DNA of 64,000 nucleotides from Thermodesulfobacteriota bacterium (GTDB lineage: Bacteria; Desulfobacterota_D; UBA1144; Nemesobacterales; UBA2774). The DNA is taken from positions 2,240,001 through 2,304,000 of the forward strand of contig OZ244197.1 of NCBI GenBank assembly GCA_965216785.1, in the 5' to 3' direction. Below are positions 57,999 through 64,000 of this stretch, in pieces. Positions within the stretch are counted from its first letter, which is position 1; each line of letters opens with the position of its first letter. Under the pieces are notes generated by a model. It saw only the letters and a list, made by a program, of their open reading frames with translations, was not told the origin of the DNA and searched no databases. Made by a program: the position numbers and the translations under genes.

Positions 57999-58574
57999 AT
58001 GATTAGAGAAGGAATGAGCATTGAGTTTCGCGCGTTTACGGTTTCGCTCTTCATTTTGAGCGCTTTTGTGTTATTCCAGGCAGGTTTTGTTAATGCGGAA
58101 GAAAAGGGCGGACAACTCACCGACGCCATGATAATCGCGATCTTCGATAACGCCAACACGGCAGACATCGTCACAGGGCAGCTTGGGGTCGCGAAGGGGA
58201 ATTCCGAGGAAGTGCGGGCTCTTGGGAAAATGGTGGTCACAGACCACATGGCGGTACAACAGATGGGTAGGGACCTTGCTAATAAACTCGGCGTATTCCC
58301 CGACCCCCCTCCCGGAGACCAGTCTATTCAGCAATTAGCTGAAACCGTTACGATGCTCCAGTCAAAGTCAGGGGAAGAGTTCGATAAAGCTTATCTCCTG
58401 CACGAGATCCAGTTCCATCAATCCGTCATCGACGCGATCAACGAGGTAATTCTACCTTCGACGCAAAATGAGGAGCTCAAGGCTCTGATTATAAAAGTAA
58501 GCCCGGGTTTTAAGGGTCACCTGGAGGCGACCAAAGCCGCTGCCAGAAAGCTTGGGTATTACGAAGGGGATTAA
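57999..58574 (+). CDS. DUF4142 family secreted protein
   Basis: EVRALGKMVVTDH, FDKAYL..EI.FH and HLE motifs. Confidence 0.88.
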   Translation: MIREGMSIEFRAFTVSLFILSAFVLFQAGFVNAEEKGGQLTDAMIIAIFDNANTADIVTGQLGVAKGNSEEVRALGKMVVTDHMAVQQMGRDLANKLGVFPDPPPGDQSIQQLAETVTMLQSKSGEEFDKAYLLHEIQFHQSVIDAINEVILPSTQNEELKALIIKVSPGFKGHLEATKAAARKLGYYEGD

Positions 58575-58609
58575 GCCGCAGCCAATAATAAAGTTCTTGG
58601 TATTCTGAG

Positions 58610-58644
58610 CGGGGAGTTTGGTTTAATGGTCAGGCTCCCCGTTT
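58610..58644 (+). terminator. intrinsic terminator
   Basis: CGGGGAGTTTG...CAGGCTCCCCG followed by TTTT. Confidence 0.75.
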
Positions 58645-58673
58645 TGCTGTAGAGGCTGTTGTACTAATGCTCT

Positions 58674-60362
58674 TTAGACAGTATTCAGACTGAGCTCCAG
58701 ATCACTTGCCGCCGCACTTGCTTCAAGATCGGGGAATATCTCGTTCTCTATCAGATCTGTCACGAGCGACAGCGCTTTCTTGTCCCTTGCGGATATCAGG
58801 GGGGCGTTGTATACCCTGGAAAGTCTTAACGCCTCGTCTTTAGGGGCCTTATCTTCCTTATTCAGCACGATTAACTCTTTTATACCGTCATAGCCTGTGT
58901 TCTCTAGTATCTTCTGTACGCTCTCGATACGCTCCTCCACCATTGGATCGCTCGCATCAGCCACGTGCAGTAGCAGTGAAGAGGCCCCAAGCTCCTCAAG
59001 AGTTGCCCTAAAAGCGTTCACAAGCTCTTTTGGCAGGTCGCTGATAAACCCCACTGTGTCCGTTACAAGTATCTCTCTTCCGGATGGCAGTCTCAATTTT
59101 CTCGTAGTCGGCACAAGGGTAGAGAACAGCTTGTTCCTCACTGTAACGCCGCTTTTTGTGAGCGCGTTAAACAGGGTAGATTTCCCAACGTTCGTATAGC
59201 CGATAAAGGTCACTGTGGGTATGCCGGTCTCACGTCTCTTTTTCCTTGTATGTTCTCTTCGCCGGCTAAGGTGAGTGATCTGCTTCTCTAATTGATCTAT
59301 CTGCTTTCTGGCGGTTCTTCTCTCTTCCTCTAGCTTTTTCTCACCGGGGCCTCTGGTACCGATTCCGCCCCCGAGCTGCGAGAGCTCGATTCCCCGTCCG
59401 ACAAACCTCGGCAGGTTATAGCGAAGCTGCGCCAGTTTTACCTGCAGCTTTCCTTCGCTCGTAGTTGCGTGGCGCGCGAATATCTCAAGTATTAGCTGTG
59501 TCCTGTCCATGACCTCAAGGTTGGTCGCGTCTGTGATGGATTTCACCTGCGCCGGTGTAAGCTCGACGTCGAATATTATTTTCTCCGCCCCGGCGTGCTT
59601 TGCGCTCAGTATTACCTCGTTTAGTTTTCCTTTACCTATAAGATAGCGGGGGTCGATCTCTTTTCTCGTCTGAAGCGTTGTGCCCAGCACCGCTTTATTC
59701 GCGGACTTAGCCAGAGACTCAAGCTCGGCTAGCGACTCTTCTGCCTCGGTGCGAAGCCTTGTGGAAAACCCGACGAGCAGTACCCCCTCTTTATTCCTTT
59801 CCCCTCCGTGCTCATAATAGCTCCTCTCGAGCCCGTGCTCTATGTCCGCTATCAGCTCGTCACAGTAAACGTCCACACGGCCTAAATCGTTGTATTTTAA
59901 TACTTCCCATTTCTTTTCATCAGTGTCGCTTCCGTTTCTCGGCAATATGTGCGCAAGCTCAAACTTCCCCGGAGCACCGTTTTGCCCGACTTCAATAAGC
60001 CCCAGCAAATCGAGCCTTTCGTTGAGCAGCGACACCAGATCAGGCTGGCTCAGGCTCCCGTTCTTAAGGTGGGTATGCACAATCCTGTAACCCCTCAGCC
60101 TGAACTTGCTCTCCCTTGATCTCCCCAAAAGCTCATCGTACGGAAACTCGTGAGCGTCCCCGAGGAACACAACGCGCACCTTCCCCTTTCTGTCGATAAG
60201 CAGCGTAATGCCCTTTTTAATTTCGTGTGATAACCGCGTTAGCGTCCTGGCTAATTCTAGAGTGATTATTTCTTTAGGGGGGATTTTCCTTCTGTAAAGC
60301 CTTTCGAGACTGCCAATTTCCGACCTGCTCAGACCCGATGTCTTACCTTGAATTTTTGGTAT
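58674..60362 (-). CDS. hflX: GTPase HflX (long form), probable ATA start codon
   Basis: GTRGPGE, GYTNVGKST, DTVGF and NKED motifs; the frame extends 61 codons upstream of 60179 to an ATA with a GGAGG SD. Confidence 0.92.
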   Translation of the reverse strand: MPKIQGKTSGLSRSEIGSLERLYRRKIPPKEIITLELARTLTRLSHEIKKGITLLIDRKGKVRVVFLGDAHEFPYDELLGRSRESKFRLRGYRIVHTHLKNGSLSQPDLVSLLNERLDLLGLIEVGQNGAPGKFELAHILPRNGSDTDEKKWEVLKYNDLGRVDVYCDELIADIEHGLERSYYEHGGERNKEGVLLVGFSTRLRTEAEESLAELESLAKSANKAVLGTTLQTRKEIDPRYLIGKGKLNEVILSAKHAGAEKIIFDVELTPAQVKSITDATNLEVMDRTQLILEIFARHATTSEGKLQVKLAQLRYNLPRFVGRGIELSQLGGGIGTRGPGEKKLEEERRTARKQIDQLEKQITHLSRRREHTRKKRRETGIPTVTFIGYTNVGKSTLFNALTKSGVTVRNKLFSTLVPTTRKLRLPSGREILVTDTVGFISDLPKELVNAFRATLEELGASSLLLHVADASDPMVEERIESVQKILENTGYDGIKELIVLNKEDKAPKDEALRLSRVYNAPLISARDKKALSLVTDLIENEIFPDLEASAAASDLELSLNTV

Positions 60363-60531
60363 GCTTACGCCTCCCGTGCTAAATAGTCTATATTATTATA
60401 ATATCAATTGAATCTACTCAGTCAAGGGAATTTATGTGGTCTTCATAATCACGAATATCGATCTTTTACAGCTACTTCATCATAAGAGAATCTCCTTTAC
60501 CTGCTGAAGCAACCCATTATACTAAGTCTCA

Positions 60532-61776
60532 ATGTCAGAAACTAAATACCTCATTCTAGGCGCGGGTCCCGCCTCAGCCTGGGCCGTGCGCGGCATCCGG
60601 CAGGAAGACTCGGAAGGAAGCATAACCCTGGTTGGGAGGGAGCCCTACAGGACGTATTCTCTTCCCCTTCTCTCAAAAGGATTCATTCAAGGCCGCTACC
60701 CCGAAGACAAGATATATCTCGTCAAAGAGGATTTTTATGAAAAAGCCGGGGTGGATTTTATAAGCGGTGTCAGCGCGGTCTCCTTGGATACGGAGAATAA
60801 AAAAGTGGGCTTAGAGGACGGAAGCGAAATTGCGTATGAGAAGCTCCTTATATGCACCGGCGCCTCGCCTATGAAGTTCCCTGTGCCCGGAGCGGATTTT
60901 ACCAATATTCACTACCTAAGGACACTTGAAGACGCAAAGGCTATTAAGGAGGCCGCGAAAAGCGTCTCTAAGGCGGTTGTCATCGGCGGGGGGTTCATCG
61001 GTGTAGAGCTTGCCTGCGCTCTAAGAGAGATCGGTCTCACTGTAGAGCTTCTCATGCTCGAGGACTACGTGTGGGAGTTTCTGACCCCGGAGCCTGTGGG
61101 CAATTACCTGATGGAAATATTAAGAGATAACGGGGTTTCAATTTATCCGGGCACGAAGGTTATGGAATTTAAAGGGGAGGGCGGTGCCGCGGCGTCCGTT
61201 GTGACAGATGAGGGAGCGGAATTTGAAGCCAGCCTCTTCTGCGTCGGAATCGGAGTCAGACCCAATGTAGAATTTCTCTCAGGCACGGATATCGAGATAG
61301 AAAGAGGGATATTGGTAAACCAGTATCTTGAGACGGCTGTTAGGGATGTTTACGCAGCCGGGGACGTAGCCGAATATTTAGACCTGGCGCTCGGGGCGAG
61401 ACACATGACTGGCCACATAGAAAACGCCCAGTTTCAGGGACGCACAGCGGGGCAAAACATGGCCGGGGCGTCCGTTCAGTATATGAGAGTCACTGGATAC
61501 GACACGGAGGTCTTCGGCAATATGCTCATGTTCCTCGGCGCCCCCCATATGGGCAGCGAGCACATAGTAAGGGGCGGCGGCGACAAGCCCGCGGGCTCTT
61601 TTTCATTCAAAGACGACAGGCTGATCGGCGCTCTTCTCATCAACCCCGGCGGAAAGGACATAAAAGCGGTTCGCGGGTTTATCGCTATGAAGGACGTGGA
61701 TTTTAAAAAGTATGAAGACAGATTGTCAGAGCCTGAATCAGACCTGAACGCGCTGCTAGAGGAAGTGAGTGCATGA
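60532..61776 (+). CDS. NAD(P)/FAD-dependent oxidoreductase (ferredoxin reductase-like)
   Basis: GAGPA, LSK, GGGFIGVE and VYAAGDVA motifs. Confidence 0.9.
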   Translation: MSETKYLILGAGPASAWAVRGIRQEDSEGSITLVGREPYRTYSLPLLSKGFIQGRYPEDKIYLVKEDFYEKAGVDFISGVSAVSLDTENKKVGLEDGSEIAYEKLLICTGASPMKFPVPGADFTNIHYLRTLEDAKAIKEAAKSVSKAVVIGGGFIGVELACALREIGLTVELLMLEDYVWEFLTPEPVGNYLMEILRDNGVSIYPGTKVMEFKGEGGAAASVVTDEGAEFEASLFCVGIGVRPNVEFLSGTDIEIERGILVNQYLETAVRDVYAAGDVAEYLDLALGARHMTGHIENAQFQGRTAGQNMAGASVQYMRVTGYDTEVFGNMLMFLGAPHMGSEHIVRGGGDKPAGSFSFKDDRLIGALLINPGGKDIKAVRGFIAMKDVDFKKYEDRLSEPESDLNALLEEVSA

Positions 61777-62276
61777 CCGATGATTTTGAGGCAGAAATAA
61801 AGAGGCTTGCTCAAAAGTTTGGGAAAGGAGTCGCGAAGCAGACAAAGCAAGGCGCTACTGTGCGTGAATCGGATGTGGATTTCAAGGCGGTTATTAGGGA
61901 GTTTCAGAAAGCCGCGCGAAAGGGCGCAGATATTTTCAACGACTCGGTTAATGAAGAATCGCTAGTAGTTTACGAGCTTCCCGCAGAATTTCTTGAAATA
62001 TTCCTCGGCATTTCGGGCAGGAGAGGCGGGCTTGCCATAGCGGCTCCCCAAAGGCTTGCCGTATTCTTCGACGAAGACCCGAATCTGATAACTGTGATTG
62101 GCAAATTACGAAGTAATGACAGTGGAGTGCATACAAATGTTAATAAATCACTTCAACTCATAAAAATAAGCTTTTCAAGTAGCGATAACGGGTATGTGTT
62201 TAAGGACAATACCGGAAAGCCCCTTGACTCAGAAGGCATTATTTCAGTAATTATAGGCTGGCTCGTAAAAGCTTAA
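61773..62276 (+). CDS. hypothetical protein
   Basis: ATGA overlap with the upstream oxidoreductase. Confidence 0.7.
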   Translation: MTDDFEAEIKRLAQKFGKGVAKQTKQGATVRESDVDFKAVIREFQKAARKGADIFNDSVNEESLVVYELPAEFLEIFLGISGRRGGLAIAAPQRLAVFFDEDPNLITVIGKLRSNDSGVHTNVNKSLQLIKISFSSSDNGYVFKDNTGKPLDSEGIISVIIGWLVKA

Positions 62277-62416
62277 TGCGGGTGAAGGACGACGTGCGTA
62301 AGTGAAGCGAGTATCACGATCAGCGCAATCAGTGCCGGGACGCCCATGATGAACCAAAACGCTTCCTTCTCGTGCGGCTCAAGCTTAAATGGAGATTCGT
62401 GTTTATTCTCTGTCAT
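62273..62416 (-). CDS. small single-pass membrane protein (47 aa)
   Basis: MTENKHESPFKLEPHEKEAFWFIMGVPALIALIVILASLTHVVLHPH; TATAAT 9 nt upstream; fills the gap exactly. Confidence 0.65.
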   Translation of the reverse strand: MTENKHESPFKLEPHEKEAFWFIMGVPALIALIVILASLTHVVLHPH

Positions 62417-62505
62417 AGCGCCATCATTATAACGGCCTATTCATATTTGTAAAGTGGTAGCTCTCTTTACTTGATAATAGCCCCGTATTTGTTAATGTAT
62501 AAGGT

Positions 62506-63402
62506 ATGATAGAGTACGTACAGCCTTTCTTCAGGCCGCCGAGTGAAGCTAAAAGCTACATACTCCAGGCCACCATAGGATGCTCCCACAACACCTGCAC
62601 TTACTGCGCCATGTACCGTAAGGACGAGCAGAAGTTCAGAGTGAGACCTATGGACGAGATCAAAGAAATAATAGACGACGCCACCGTGAGAGGCCTTATA
62701 GACGACAGGGTCTTTATAGCTGACGGTAACGCGCTCGTATTATCCAAGAAAAAACTCATCGAGATCATGGATTATCTCCGCGAAAAGAACACCGGTATAG
62801 AAAGAATCAGAATGTACGCCAACGTGGGCGACATACTGCGCCAGGGGGTCGACAATCTAAAAGAGCTTCGCGCTCAAGGCCTGGATATGGTCTATATCGG
62901 GTTTGAGAGCGGCGACGACGTAGTGCTCGAGCGCATCAAGAAAGGCGCCGACCACGAAGAGACCGTACGGGCGTCAAAAATGTTAAAAGAAGCGGGCATA
63001 AAAAACTCCGCCATGGTGCTCCTGGGGATGGGGGGCGTAGACAGGAGCCTTCAGCACGCAGAGGCCACGGGCAAGCTGCTCACAGGCGCCGACCCTGAAT
63101 ACGTAGGCGCTTTGTCCCTTCAGGTTCGTCCGGGTGCGCCGTTATTCGAAGAAATGCAGAGGGGAGAGTTTGAGCTTCCCGATAAGTTTCAGATGATAAA
63201 GGAGCTTGAGGTTCTCGTAGAGAACACCGAGCTTACGGACGGTTATTTCTTTTCTAACCACATTTCCAATTACCTTGCGATAAAAGCCAAATTCCCGGAG
63301 GACAAGGACAAAGTGCTCAGGGAAATAAAATCAGTAATTGAGAAAGGGGATGAGAATCTTCTGCGTCCTGACTACTACAGAGACGTAATAAATCAGTATT
63401 GA
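62506..63402 (+). CDS. radical SAM protein
   Basis: RPPSEA, GCSHNTCTYC (CxxxCxxC), GFESG and NHISNY motifs. Confidence 0.92.
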   Translation: MIEYVQPFFRPPSEAKSYILQATIGCSHNTCTYCAMYRKDEQKFRVRPMDEIKEIIDDATVRGLIDDRVFIADGNALVLSKKKLIEIMDYLREKNTGIERIRMYANVGDILRQGVDNLKELRAQGLDMVYIGFESGDDVVLERIKKGADHEETVRASKMLKEAGIKNSAMVLLGMGGVDRSLQHAEATGKLLTGADPEYVGALSLQVRPGAPLFEEMQRGEFELPDKFQMIKELEVLVENTELTDGYFFSNHISNYLAIKAKFPEDKDKVLREIKSVIEKGDENLLRPDYYRDVINQY

Positions 63403-63427
63403 TACTAAAGACTAAAGGAGAACTCAT

Positions 63428-64000
63428 ATGCCTAGAATAGCAACCATTTCACCCGTCTGGGGATGCAGCGTATCAGACCTTCGCGCCCTGGCAAATGAAG
63501 CCGAGGGAGGAGGGTTCGAAGCTATATTCTCACCCGAAGTTCCGCCTTTCAGCGCGCTCACTAACGCGCAGGTATTCGCCGAGGCTACCTCAAACATTAA
63601 CGTCGGTACGTGGATTACAAATATTTATATGCGTCAAGCGGTCATGTGCGCGGCCACAGCGCTCACAATTCAGGAGATCACTAACGGCCGCATGGTGCTC
63701 GGGCTCGGCGTCAGTCATAAGCCCGTAAACGACCGTTACGAAATAGATATGGGCGACCCGGTAGACTCGATGCGCGACTACGTGGGCCAGGTAAAAGCCT
63801 TTATGGACGGCTCAGCGGCACAGCTTACTCTTAAACGCGATCTCCCCAAAGTTCCCGTATACATTGCCGGTCTCACAAAAGGAGCCGCCACATTGGCGGG
63901 CGAAGTCGCCGACGGTCTTATGCCCTACATGGCAACGCCGGAATACATAAAAGAGCTAAGGGGCTTTGTAGCTGAAGGGGCGGCAAATGCCGGGCGAGAC
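63428..64000 (+). CDS. LLM-class flavin-dependent oxidoreductase (partial, runs off the window)
   Basis: AAGGAG SD; MPRIATISP...AEGGGFEAIFSPE...GRMVLGLGVSH...LAGEVADG. Confidence 0.85.
   Translation, partial: MPRIATISPVWGCSVSDLRALANEAEGGGFEAIFSPEVPPFSALTNAQVFAEATSNINVGTWITNIYMRQAVMCAATALTIQEITNGRMVLGLGVSHKPVNDRYEIDMGDPVDSMRDYVGQVKAFMDGSAAQLTLKRDLPKVPVYIAGLTKGAATLAGEVADGLMPYMATPEYIKELRGFVAEGAANAGRD

Noticed and set aside
759-63728. Numerous short antisense or alternative-frame ORFs in the track (e.g. 4380-4841, 5972-6439, 10143-10646, 24838-25356, 46199-46780, 63495-63728)
   Set aside because: They overlap well-supported genes, lack motifs and SD sites, and read as shadow ORFs

Overview
Gene-dense bacterial chromosomal window with no rRNA, tRNA, CRISPR array, transposase or integrase that I can support. 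The alr-mlaEFD order, a long-form HflX, several IPTL-CTERM surface proteins and GTCAT...ATCT palindromic repeats suggest a deltaproteobacteria-like diderm, possibly Ca. Dadabacteria or Desulfobacterota (inference). Recognisable modules are: a Fur-boxed imelysin / di-haem protein / porin iron-uptake operon; trpS; ppk2 plus a Na/Pi cotransporter; alr-X-mlaE-mlaF-mlaD; an OxyR-like LysR divergent from a DUF4142 gene; and hflX with an apparent ATA start. The best candidate for an undescribed system is at 22.9-29.6 kb. There, a B12-dependent CarH/LitR photoreceptor sits divergent from a fasciclin gene and an alternative RpoD-type (non-ECF) sigma factor, followed by a photolyase, an unknown protein and YbgA. 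The divergent promoters carry 11-bp-spaced TnnACA repeats, which suggests a light -> CarH -> group-2-like sigma cascade. Other leads are a membrane-anchored Schlafen/AlbA_2 protein, a GOLPH3 + STAS pair, an aromatic-repeat protein embedded in the MCE operon, several structured intergenic RNA candidates, a 47-aa membrane protein missed by the ORF track, and frequent apparently leaderless genes. All calls come from motif recognition by eye; no searches were run.
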